Notes under the pieces: generated by a model | Told to the model about the DNA's origin: nothing | The model's input: the letters and a program-made list of their open reading frames with translations, nothing else | The model's database searches: none | Assembly: GCF_006345805.1 (NCBI RefSeq) | Contig: NC_042999.1 | Coordinates: 93,620,001-93,684,000, forward strand | DNA from: Octopus sinensis | Taxonomy: Eukaryota | Length of the DNA: 64,000 nucleotides | Reading direction: 5' to 3' | Position numbers and translations under genes: made by a program | Shown here: piece by piece, positions 40,981 to 53,320 of the stretch | Numbering within the stretch: the stretch's first letter is position 1 | How the letters are laid out: each line of letters starts with the position of its first letter

Positions 40981-41361
40981 ATATATATATATAGCCGCGT
41001 ACGTACACTTTATACATATATACATATATATATAGCGGCGTACGTACACTATATATATATATATATATACTTTAATAGTAAACTTGCAAAGAAATCATAA
41101 AAACTCTTGATGAGTGCTTCACGTTTCTGTCGGACAGTTTTGGTTGAGAATGGAACAAAAAATTAGGTTACATGGTCCAGTTTTCTTGGGGTGGGGGATT
41201 CCATTCTCAACCAAAACTGTCCCACGAACGGGAGCGTGAGGCTCTGAGTAACAGCTGTGATGTCTTTGCAGTTTATATTACAGCATATTACTCTACTTTC
41301 GGTATTCGAGTACTATTTTTTGCCACCTTGTTTCAAATTTATGTGCTTACTCTGATATATA

Positions 41362-41932
41362 TTGGGTTGTCAGGAAAGTTCGTGCCGATTTATAGCAGCT
41401 TATCTTTCGACTTATTTTAGAACATGGTTGAATCCATAAAATAGAATTTGACTACGCCTGCATTTAGAGCACGGTTTAAGCTATCTTTACCTGGAAGAAG
41501 GTTTATGTTCCTATAACCTGTCTTAATTCTGTAACCCTTTAAAATGGAAGATAAGAAAGTTCATTTTCGGCACTTGATGCTTTTCTTTTTCCGTAAAGGA
41601 CAAAATGCCTCACAAACAACCAAAGAAATATGTGCAGTGTACGGTGATGTTTCTTTATCCGAAAGAACTGTACGGAAGTGGTTCGCAAGGTTCCGAGCTG
41701 GAGATTGTAGCCTTATTGATAAAGAGCGTTCAGGAAGACCATCCACTACTGATGATGACCAAATCAAGTCATTAACTGAGAATAACCCACATTACACAAC
41801 GCAAGAATTGGCAGAAGCCTGAACCTATCAAATCCCGTCGTTCATGAGCACCTGGTAAATCTTGGGTAATGGCAAGTATTTATTGACCTTTTTCTTCCTT
41901 TAAAAATCGGCACGAACTTTCAGGACAACCAA
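41362..41932 (+). mobile_element. Internally deleted mariner element with both TIRs and TA flanks
   Basis: Left ttgggttgtcaggaaagttcgtgccgattt; right aaatcggcacgaactttcaggacaaccaa. Embedded in TA. Confidence 0.93.
41544..41822 (+). CDS. Truncated mariner transposase, N-terminal helix-turn-helix only (92 aa)
   Basis: MEDKKVHFRHLMLFFFRKG.NA..T.KEIC.VYG...SERTVRKWF.RFR.G..SL.D..RSGRP is a typical mariner HTH. The catalytic DD34D domain is absent. Confidence 0.8.
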   Translation: MEDKKVHFRHLMLFFFRKGQNASQTTKEICAVYGDVSLSERTVRKWFARFRAGDCSLIDKERSGRPSTTDDDQIKSLTENNPHYTTQELAEA

Positions 41933-41950
41933 TATATATATATATATATA

Positions 41951-41999
<49 letters not shown>

Positions 42000-42029
42000 T
42001 ATACACACACATACATACTTATATATATA

Positions 42030-42080
<51 letters not shown>

Positions 42081-42534
42081 CATTCACACACCACACGCGT
42101 GTGTGTGTATACAGCATTCGATACTAGCATATATAAACATTTTGATTGCAATTCATAGTGCAAAATATAAAATAAAAATTGCATTAGTAAAAAATCGCAG
42201 GAATTAATAAACAACAGGAAACTATTAACTAAAAGATGGGTGGCGAAACTATTATCTATTTTTAATATGTCTGATATAATGAGAAATTTAATACGCAGTT
42301 ACAAATTACATTGGATATAATGAGAATCAATTAACTTATGGAACTACTGTAGTTCATTTGGCTGAAAGGAAGTTGCCTCTAATTCTAATTTGTCCGGCCA
42401 TTTACATCGAGAATTTAGATGATATTTAGTGAGTTACACTGAAGATGATATAAGCTGTTCATTGAGAGCTGAAATAATAAAATCATTTCTAATTCCAGTT
42501 GTTGCCAGTTTATTTTAGTTTCCTCGAGTGAAAA

Positions 42535-42580
<46 letters not shown>

Positions 42581-42581
42581 T

Positions 42582-42616
<35 letters not shown>

Positions 42617-42687
42617 GGTGTGGTGGTGGTGGTGGTAGTAGCAGTAGTAATAGTAGTAGTAGTAGTAGTAGTAGCAGCAGCAGTAGC

Positions 42688-42748
<61 letters not shown>

Positions 42749-42785
42749 TAGTAGTAGTAGTAGTAGTAGTGGTGGTTGTTGTTGT
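42535..42785. repeat. Compound (GTA)n/(GTG)n/(GCA)n microsatellite
   Basis: Direct reading. Confidence 0.95.
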
Positions 42786-43886
42786 CACCGAACAAGGAGA
42801 ATTGTGCGTTGGCGTTTCTCTGTAAATTCGTCAATAGCGTGATGACTTTTCTTCACGTGGACATATTTGCATTAAGGATACTACTTCCGGAATGTGTGTC
42901 CATGCCAGCAATAAATGATGCATGACACATGTGTAAATATACAGCTACAAATACCATTTCTTGTTTCATTTTCAGAATCTGGAAATATTTATTCTTCATT
43001 AAATTATGGAATATGTCACGCATAGTTTTATTAGATGTATGATTTAAAATTATTGTAATTCATTGCGACTGTTTCCTTTGCTATGGATATTTTGGTTTTC
43101 TACAGATAGCGTGTTTAAAATATGAATTTCTTATTGTTTTGTCTATTGACAAAGACTTAATTTCATGAGCTGGCCTATTACATTGTATGTTTCTGGCAAC
43201 AGTGCTCAATGATAACGATGAAATGTAAGCTACAGGTGAACGAGTCTACAACCAATCTTCAGCATACCCTCGAAGCAATTATATTTCTTTAAATGCAATG
43301 AGTGGAGTTTATCCTGCACTTTGAACCGTCATAAAAAGGCTATCACTATTTTCACCTCCATTCAACATGAGATAACTCGAAGCAAGGAACATGGCCATTC
43401 TAAACATTCAAACTATATAGTTTTGATTAATTTCTCCTTTAGGTCACATTATGTAACAACTGAAACAAAGCTCAGCAATATATCTAAACTTGTAGAAATA
43501 AACCTTCTCCACAAATAAACTGGCTCTATGGTAATTACATGCACTTTGACGGAATATATCAGTTTTATATTCCTTCTTTGGTTTGATAGATTTCAAAATG
43601 ACCAAGATCTGTAAAATATAGAAATATAACCATAAGACAAAGGCATATAGTAGAGTTCTGAAATTTTAAACACAATATTCATGGAATATATATCAGTATA
43701 AATTACACCTTGCTATAAAAAAAGAATTAAACTTTCTTACCAATTTTTATTCAAATTTACACTCCGAAATTATGAAGACTTCCCTCATAGTCACTGTAAA
43801 CATATTATCACATGACATGCAAGTAAATCATAGGCAATCGATTAATATGCGTCAGTGTTTGTGCGTGTGTGTCTGTATATATATAT

Positions 43887-44090
<204 letters not shown>

Positions 44091-45405
44091 TATATATGCA
44101 CATTCGTATAAATTAGTAGCTGTATATCTCATAGAGTTAGAACGCCGTATCCTAATTTACACTAGTTGAAAATCAATGAATTTAAGCACTATCGTTTAAA
44201 TCTTGCATGCTCATTTTTAACTTAAAATCAACATAGGTTTGTTTCGCGAGGTATAAAACAGAAATTTTCTATTGTGAAGATGTTTTGAATAGTGTTAGAA
44301 ATATAATATTACAACCCTTGCCTCGTGATTTAAAAACTGCCTGCAGATGATAAATTTTTCGATATAATCCGAAATGTAAAATCAAATTTCGAATCGTTTC
44401 TAAGAGAACATGTTAAACTCTATCCAACTTTGTTGCATTTTACGTTCCATTCTCCATAAAAAGAAATTGGTGTACTGTATCAGCAATGTCATTGATAAGT
44501 CATTTCAATCGAATATAACACTGATATTATATTTAATCTTATCCAAGCCAATTGCGGCTGCAGATTGTTTCCTTGATTCTAAAGCATTGTTGATAACATA
44601 ATCAATAGCATATGTATTGTGTTGACACACATCCCAGAGCTAATCTTTCTTGATTACAACCTCCGCATTCCAATATATTTTCTTCTAAAAATACATCTGG
44701 TACTAATATATGGTACATTGTCTAAGTTCTGAATTTATTCATTTTCGTCAGATATGTCTGTATATAAGGTGAAAATGATTGAAGAGGCGTAAATTTATAA
44801 ATCATTATTTCGTGATTAGATACTGTGATTTTCAGAGCTCTTGACAAAGCAACATATTGCCGAAATTCCAATAGAGGTGGTGGCGCTTATGTTATGTTTA
44901 TCAATTTTAAAAATTAATTAATATACTCTGTTCTGAATCCCATTGATTATTTCAGCTGTTTTCATGCTAGGTATCCTAAGAGTATAATAGATTTCTAGCT
45001 CGTGGTGTCGTTTCCATAGCCGCTGAATGAATTTCAGTCGGCGCACATAAATAACGCCTTATAATAAAGAAGCTAAATCATTAAATTCCAACGCTTTTCT
45101 AGCTTTTTAATTTGTGATATTTTTTACAATCTACATTTATATTTCTTTTAATTTTAAGCTTTTGCTCAAGAACAGCATTTAGTATTTAGTCCTCAAAATC
45201 AAAAATTAGAAATAAAGAGGAACAGAATAGGCATAATCAGCACAAGTCCTTCCATAGTCAGCACAGTCCTTGGTTTATGACAGAAATGACAAGGAATTTA
45301 TCTGGACAATTAAATGTGTATATATCAATGTATATATGCATAGGTACATATATACATGCTTACATACATACATACGTACACTGATATATACACGCATATA
45401 TAAAT

Positions 45406-45455
<50 letters not shown>

Positions 45456-45531
45456 GTATACACACACATATATACACACATATGAATATATATATGCAGA
45501 AATATAGATGTATATGTATACATACGCACAT

Positions 45532-45850
45532 TTATACTATCGGTCACTTTTGCTGAACTGCTAAGTTACGGGAACGTAAACACACCAGAATTAGTAGTCA
45601 AGCAATGTTGCGAGGGAGGGGGGCGGTGAAAAACACAGGCACACAAACACACACATACGCACCTCTCCCACACACATATATATATAAGACGGGCTTCTTT
45701 CAGTTTTCTTCTACCAAATCCAGTAAGAAGGCTTTGGTCAGTCCATTACTATAGCAGAAAATACTTGCTCAAGTTGCCACGCAGTGGGTCTGAATCCGAA
45801 CCATGTGGTTGGTTAGCAGGCTACTTACCACATAGTCACTCCTGCGCCTA
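45532..45850 (-). mobile_element. SINE family A (tRNA-like head, internal CA/TA repeat)
   Basis: Reverse complement starts aggcgcaggagtgactatgtggtaagtagc..ggttcggattcagacccactgcgtggcaacttgagcaagt. Confidence 0.85.
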
Positions 45851-46646
45851 TGCATGTGTGTATGTATGTATGTATGTATGTATGTATGTATGTATGTATG
45901 TATGTATGTATGTAGTATGTATGTATGCATGCATGCATGTATGTGTGTATGTATGTATGTATGTATGTATGTATGTATGTATGTATGTATGTATGTATGT
46001 ATAAAATATACATGTTCGTGTGCGGATGAATACAGAGAGATTAAGAAGTCAATGAATTTACCTTGAAATATTAGCAAGGAAGTAGCAGCCAAAGCTTCAA
46101 CTTCAGTTGTTTCCAAAATAAGATACATTGTGCAATATATTTAAAATGTATTTAGAACAACAAAATCTTCAAGAAAACATATGCATTCGTCACAGTTTTA
46201 ATGACATTTGATTTGGTTCGTGACATAAACTCAACATTTAACATAAAATTCCATATTGGGATCTTATTATCCCGTTCAGATCAATATGTATTTTAATATC
46301 ATTATCAGCTTTCTATTATGACTTTGTTAATCTAAGCATGTTTTATACAAGCACGAATGCTGTAAAACCTAGAAAGGGCATGTTCTATAATAATCTATTT
46401 ACAGTTAATGCATACAACGTTTGTAAAATTACAGTTATATTGCTGGAAAGTGAAATTATCAAAAACAATTTAATGATGATACTTCATATTTTAATTGCTT
46501 TCAACCTCTTCTTTTATAAGAGACCCATATTTTACCTTTATTCTGTATTTCTATATCATTAAGCACATCCTCTCCAGGCATTATCTGTGCTTTAAATAAA
46601 ATAAAATACATTTTATACATTTCAAGTGATTCACATACACACACAC

Positions 46647-46748
<102 letters not shown>

Positions 46749-47899
46749 TTATGTTTTATGTTTATATTAATATGTGTGGTTGTGCTTGTGCGCAGAGCGA
46801 CATACAAAGAGAGAATAAAGAAAGAAAAGAAGGAAGAAAAACAGCGTAAATGAAATAACATCTATTGTAATAAAGTTAGAAAGTCTGAAGTATATTGCTT
46901 TGAATATTATATATAAATATATCCATTGTTGTCAGTCGTATTTACTGTCGCTACGTTATAAAATAGACAAATTGCCAAAAGTATTAGCATAAACGGCAAT
47001 ATCGAATATATATGAGAGTAATTGGCTGAAAATATAGTAACTTCGTTAAATGTTAAGTTTTCCAAAGTTCTGTTTACAGAGTAGTACAAATGACGTGGAT
47101 GTAATAACATGATTTATAACGCAATATTTATATATAAACTGTTCATGTCCATAACCTTTACTCATAAAAGATAAATATTAAGGGCTGAAGATCTGAAAAA
47201 TATTTAGAAATTGAGCAAGTTCTTGCTCACCAGCAAGTGTTCAGAATAAGTGTCTAAGTCTAATGCCGCGTGAGACAAAAATGCTGTTTGACGCTAATGT
47301 ATGGTTGAGTCAGTTCGTTGTTATTTCCGTCGGCAATATAAGCCGAAGACTTTGTCAGGAAATACAAAAGTTAAAAGCATAGAACTACTTTCAAGATTCC
47401 GTATCTCCACTCGTTGGATATTTTGGTTATCGCAATTAGAGCCTTAAGTCTATATCAACGCTTATTGGGGAATTCTCCCTACGATAAATTAAGTAAACAA
47501 AGAAAAAATTATTAGGTTTCTATCCATACCTACTACAGAATTATTTACTCCGAGTAAATAATCAATATAGAAGATTATTATTAGTTAATTTAACCAATAC
47601 TTTTTATATCAATTAATTTGAAAAAAATAAAAGATTTGTTATATTGAAGATGTAAATGCTTATATAATTTTGTTGCAGTTATACACAGGTGAAAATTATA
47701 TGCATTTGTATACATACATATCTTATTGGTGTGTGTAGTGGTGACAAGAGGGTATCTTGGATATAAAAGAGTTTCAATTGGTATGTGTTTCACATGTAAT
47801 GAAGTGAATTTCGATGATTGTGGAGTGCACTTGTTTTTATCTATCTATCTATCTGGGTAGTTAACTATACATACGTACATATATGCATGAATGCACGTA

Positions 47900-48128
47900 G
47901 ACGCACCGTGTGCAGCCAATCCGTCAACAGACAATTCGCCAACAGACAATTGGACAGTAAGTTGACATGCAGAATTATCGATCATGGAGTTCTTCTAAAC
48001 GGAACGAGGAGGCAGAAAGCTTTTATACAAAGGGTACGCCTATATTGTTGATAGAACCAACCGGTCAATTGTGCTATCTGTAAGTTGTCTGTCGACGAAT
48101 TGTCCGTCTGACCACATGCGCACACTCC
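47900..48128. mobile_element. Small MITE with subrepeated TIRs (MULE-like, tentative)
   Basis: Left cagacaattcgccaacagacaatt matches the reverse complement of right agttgtctgtcgacgaattgtccg. Confidence 0.55.
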
Positions 48129-48135
48129 CATGTGT

Positions 48136-48167
<32 letters not shown>

Positions 48168-48172
<5 letters not shown>

Positions 48173-48230
48173 CAAAATGGGACAAGAACGCCAAACATCC
48201 GGACAACTTGGTGATACAAAAAGGGACTAC

Positions 48231-48235
<5 letters not shown>
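48168..48235 (+). repeat. About 70-bp stub of a (TA)n-embedded repeat family
   Basis: aaatacaaaatgggacaagaacgccaaacatccggacaacttggtgatacaaaaagggac, between (TA)n and (CA)n. Confidence 0.75.
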
Positions 48236-48296
<61 letters not shown>

Positions 48297-48367
48297 AATG
48301 CATGTATATACATACATATATACATTTAGCACGGCCACAGACTTAGGGTTGAAACAAATAAAAGAAG

Positions 48368-48411
<44 letters not shown>

Positions 48412-49529
48412 ATAGTCACACACACACACATATGTATATATGTAATAGATATACATAGTCACACATATACACATGCGTGTATGCGTGTAGGTCTTTGTCT
48501 GAGATTGTTTGTGAATGTATACATAAACGCTGAAAATAAGACCGATAATTAACGAACGAATCATATAAATTGTAAAGGAAATAATATCTAGTATAGGGAA
48601 GTAAGAAAGTTTGAAATATAAGTATGATATATAGGTTTATCGATATTTGTCACTCGTATTTACTGTCGACGTATAATAAATATCGACAAATGACCTAAGT
48701 TATTATCATAAACAACAATGCTATACGTATAAGACTTTAATCGGCTAAAAGTATAACGACTTCGGTAAATGTTAGGCTTCTCATAGTGCTGTTTGCTGGG
48801 TAAAAGAAATGTAGAACACGTAATAAAACATTTAAATGTAAAATATTTATATATATACTCATCGAGGGGATATTCTTAGGCTATGAAAGACTGCTACTGC
48901 TCTTAGATCTTCTAGTACTCTTAGACTGCTAATGCTCTTAGATCTAGTTTATTGAGTGGGCTGTTGCTATGTCATAGAAGCTGTGATCAGAATTTGTGTC
49001 TGGCTTTAATGTCATGGGGGACAGACATGGTCGATTGAACCTGACGTAGAGATGAAATAGATTGAATTATTGTTATTCCCATCGGCAGTGTGTGAGAGCG
49101 AGTGTTTTGGCTAGACACACGCAAACAAGCGATAATAGTGAATATGTATTGACGATTCCTGATCGGGAATTAGCTGAATGCATAACGTGCATGATGGCTC
49201 AATCCGACTCTTACGCCTACACACATAAGTTTAAAGACACACCCACACACATATATATACATACATGCATGTATATATGTATATGTCTGACTGTCTCTAT
49301 GAATGTATGTATGTTTGTATGTATGTCATTATTCACTTTTATTTCAACATTTCTTGCCATAGAGATCCTAATCTCCTTTATTGGAATATTAATATCAACA
49401 ACAGGTTATATACGTTTTCTATATATGTATGTACGTACGTATGTATGTATGTATCCGTGCAGTTTTGTATGTTTTGTTTTATGTATGTATCCTCATGCAT
49501 ATAGTTGCATATCTAGACATGTTTATATA

Positions 49530-51860
49530 TACTTAAGTGATAAACTTTTGGAAAGTTTTACAGACTTTTACAGCTCCAGTGATGGATTGGAACTGTAGTG
49601 TTCGAATCAGTTTTCTCTTTTCTGGCCTTGAGAAGCCTAATTTCTCAAGATTTGCATTTAGCTAGTGCATTACGTATCCCAGAGCCCCAATAATTACAGG
49701 TATAAACCTGAAATTGTAATCTGGATAGTGTACCTTCAGCTTTCTCAAAAGTTCAGTGTAGGTATTGCCATTTACATTGATCTTCAGCTTCATATTAATA
49801 TCCGCTGGACAGCTGATTTCCACAACAGTACACATTCTCTCTTCTCTATCCTAAATCATTATTCAGGTCTATTGTGTTTACATTTTACTGATGTTTTCAT
49901 AGGGACACTCCATAAGAACTTTTTATTGTGAGTGGCTATAGCTTCCACCTTACTGTGGGTTCTTATTTTTGTTCTCGGAGTCATCCTTTCTACAGATCTC
50001 GTTCTAGAGTGTCCTAGCTAGAACATCATATCTCATCAGTAGATAATACCATGATGATATTTTTGGGCAACTGCTTATGATGTGTGTTATATCTTCGGTG
50101 TTAACTCAACAGAGTCTGCATCGGTAGTCCTATTTTACTGTTTTTCCTGCATCTCTCTACCATTTGTGCAACAGATATTTGGTTGATAATTCCTGTTCTA
50201 GATTGCAAACGCATACCTTTGAGAATGAGTAATAGTAATCCGGTTGTTGGTCAATGATAGATTGCTTTGCTGATCAATGTTACTATCATCTCTGAGTTTC
50301 CTACTAACATGTCTATGCATGGACTTCTGCTCATATATATTTATCCACTCATCTGATGATGCGTTGAGGTAGAGTCGTGCGACTTCTTTAAGCATATATT
50401 TAAGGTTATCAGACATGGAATGCTGCTCAAGGACCTGCCTTCCAAGTCTTATGATGTTATCAGTCTCATGTATGCAAACTTGGTCAAGGGTTGCGCTTCG
50501 ACACTTGGTGATTAAAAGATGTTGCCGAACGAATATGAATAAACGTCCAATGGCATTTTGGATTGATGTTAAGCCTCTACCACCTCGTTTAGTTTTTGAT
50601 AGATGCGATCCAATTCACTGCTAAAGTGGAAATCACGTGCTTGTTAGCAGTTTCCGGGTTCTCACATCAGTGGCTCGGATCTCATCAAGCGTTCTATCAA
50701 GCAGCCCAAATGTTGGTATAAGTATTGACACTGCAAACACATAGTCGGACACTTTTTTTATTGAATGCAGAGTGTTCTGAGGTCTAAATTTTCTTTATTC
50801 AGCTGTAATATTCTTTAGTAAAAACATGTTTTGTCACAGCTGGAATTGCAAAATATGATTTGTTCACCCCTAAATGCCAGTAAAATTCCTCAGCAGAGAT
50901 AGCGGATACAGTTTAGTCATTGAGGGAGATGTTGTTAGTCTGGTCTACAGTTTCCACCCTTTTCACAACCAAATAACAACATTGGACCAAACTCCAACCT
51001 TAAATCCTTTGAGAATGTTGTAACCAGGTCAAGGCTCTTTAAATCTCCTTCACATTTGTTGCATAATGTTTCAAGTCATCTACACAGTGGTGGTGTGCAA
51101 TTTTGGTATTTCTGTTTCCTTGTGAAACAGTGAGAAATCCTCCAGACTTCCTTAACATGAATGGCAAGGGGTTTACAAAGTGTATAAACAAAATCACAGA
51201 GAGGCTGTCCCCTAGGAATATACCTCTGCGATACTGTATACTATCAGAAATAATACAATTAACCTTTGTGTTTAATTTCAAGATGGTGGCCCACGATGAA
51301 ATCAGGTCAGCTATAGCTTTGAGTATGCTCACTGGAACTTTAGCATGTTCAAGTGCCTCTAGCATCCATGAGTGGGGAACAGAGTCAAAGACTTTCTTGT
51401 AGTCTAGCCATATTGAAAACTAAGTTCCTCCTATGCTCTCGCACTTCTGACATCACAGTTGTGTTGATTAACAATTGATCGGCACACCTCCAGACACCCA
51501 ACTGTCTATCCCCTTCTTTATTTTTGTTGGTGAGACTTATAGTGATTTGCTTCTTTGCACTCAATAAGCATCATCTTCCATATATCAGCAATTTTTTTCG
51601 CTGGGTTCAAAACCCATGATGGTACTTTCTTTGTTGTTTCGGCTTTATTCACTTTTAGAATGTCATTCATGTATTGCTTTGCAATAGTAGACAGAGTAAA
51701 TATACAGGAGTTAATTTTCCAAAATGTGGGTTCATTACACTGCTGTAAATATTCAGCACCAATTTCGTTAACAGCTTTTTATACCGAATCTGCTGGTTTT
51801 TTTTTTTAGATATTTTGGTAGAGAATACTCTCACCTTGAGAGAGTACTTCAAAGCCAAAG
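49530..51860 (-). mobile_element. Decayed R4/Dong-like element (RT to endonuclease)
   Basis: RRGIFLGDSLSVILFIHFVNPL..CVDDLKHYA (ORF 51039-51365); KCKHNRP and YTELLRKLKVHYPDYNFRFIPVIIGALG near the 3' end. Confidence 0.82.
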
Positions 51861-51885
51861 TTATGTATGTATGTATATATGCATG

Positions 51886-51925
<40 letters not shown>

Positions 51926-52064
51926 CATTCTCTTTGTATGTATGTATGTATATATATTGGTTCATCCCTTAAATAATGCGGTTTTTTTTTTATTTCACGT
52001 AAAAGCCGAAGTAAATTTTTCTCGGAAACTTTCAGTAAGGTCACATTTCACCGCTATATAATCC

Positions 52065-52108
52065 TGACTACTACTACTACCAACAACACCACCACCACTA
52101 CCACCACC

Positions 52109-52154
<46 letters not shown>

Positions 52155-52189
52155 ATAATAATAATAATAATAATAATAATACAATCACC

Positions 52190-52247
<58 letters not shown>

Positions 52248-52282
52248 ATAATAATAATAATAGTAATACCACCACCACCACC

Positions 52283-52332
<50 letters not shown>

Positions 52333-52335
52333 CAC
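52065..52335. repeat. Compound microsatellite with higher-order [CCA]n[CTA]n[ATA]n repetition
   Basis: The block order CCA-CTA-ATA repeats about 2.5 times. Confidence 0.92.
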
Positions 52336-52389
52336 AACAATAATCGTCGCAGTTGTGCTTACTATTTATCATAATCGTAGTAGGGGGCA

Positions 52390-52900
52390 GTGATCAGTTA
52401 CTCTAGCCAGTAATGTAGTTTGGCTGACAGGCACTATGGAATCTATTGAAATGTCACTAACTGCGAAACGACGTGGTGCTGTCTCATCATTCACATTTTC
52501 GTTTTCGTTTATAATGTTGGGAACAAGGTTAATTTCAGATTTTTTTATAAAGTTGCAATCACTAACCTTCTTCCTATGTTCCACAAATGTTGCATGTTGG
52601 TGTAATTGCTTCGCAGTAAAATGATTTAATTCTGGACGCAGATCGTCCTAATATAATTTTCAATCGATTCATATAGCCAACAGCGTTTTTTTCCACTTTT
52701 TGTAGCAGTTAAATAGATCAGTATTCAATTCATAACTCCAAGTGAAATGAATTTTGTATTTACGCTTTCTTCCGTAACAACAGCTAGAAAGAATCTGTTT
52801 ACCTGTTGAGCTGTTGATTTCGTTCTGATTTTTGTTTGTTTGTGTTGTTGTTGATGTTCTGGTCAAACATGTCTGTAGTAACTCTCTGCATGCTAAATTC
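52390..52900 (-). mobile_element. N-terminal ORF region of a Dong-like element, probably the same copy as 49530-51860
   Basis: KIHFTWSYELNTDLFNCY..ELNHFTAKQLHQHATFVE resembles the W..ELN.DLY.CY N-terminal motif of this clade. Same strand as the neighbouring copy. Confidence 0.5.
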
Positions 52901-53004
52901 AAGTTTCAGTTGAAATTCACTGCAGTCGTGAATAAAAGGCTCCCTCATTTAATTCATATGCATGTTTGTGTATATGTGGAAGCATATATATATATATATA
53001 CACA

Positions 53005-53300
53005 TATATACATAAATAAATTAGTCCCGATTTATAGCAGCATTTTCATCGAATATTTCTCACAAGAATATTAAAAAATGCTCTATGGTATTATTCAACA
53101 TATTTACAATAACTAGAAAGCTAATCGAAACGAAAAATATTATATATATATATATATATATATAACATATATACATAAATAAATTAGTCCCGATTTATAG
53201 CAGCATTTTCATCGAATATTTCTCACAAGAATATTAAAAAATGCTCTATGGTATTATTCAACATATTTACAATAACTAGAAAGCTAATCGAAACGAAAAT
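53005..53300. repeat. Tandem duplication (period 163 bp) of a small mariner-derived segment
   Basis: cataaataaattagtcccgatttatagcagc...ctaatcgaaacgaaaa at 53011 and 53174, separated by (TA)n. Confidence 0.92.
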
Positions 53301-53320
53301 ATATATATATATATATATAT

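Larger units (their letters stand above)
46920..48860. repeat. Two diverged ~220-bp direct copies (46920-47140 and 48640-48860)
   Basis: Shared tcgtatttactgtcg..gacaaat..cataaac..aat.ggct.aaa.tata...acttcg.taaatgtta.g..ctgttt..aatatttatatata. Confidence 0.75.

Noticed and set aside
44410-44760. Possible LINE RT relic on the minus strand (YAIDYVINNALESRKQSAAAIGLD)
   Set aside because: A single weak motif resemblance; left uncalled.
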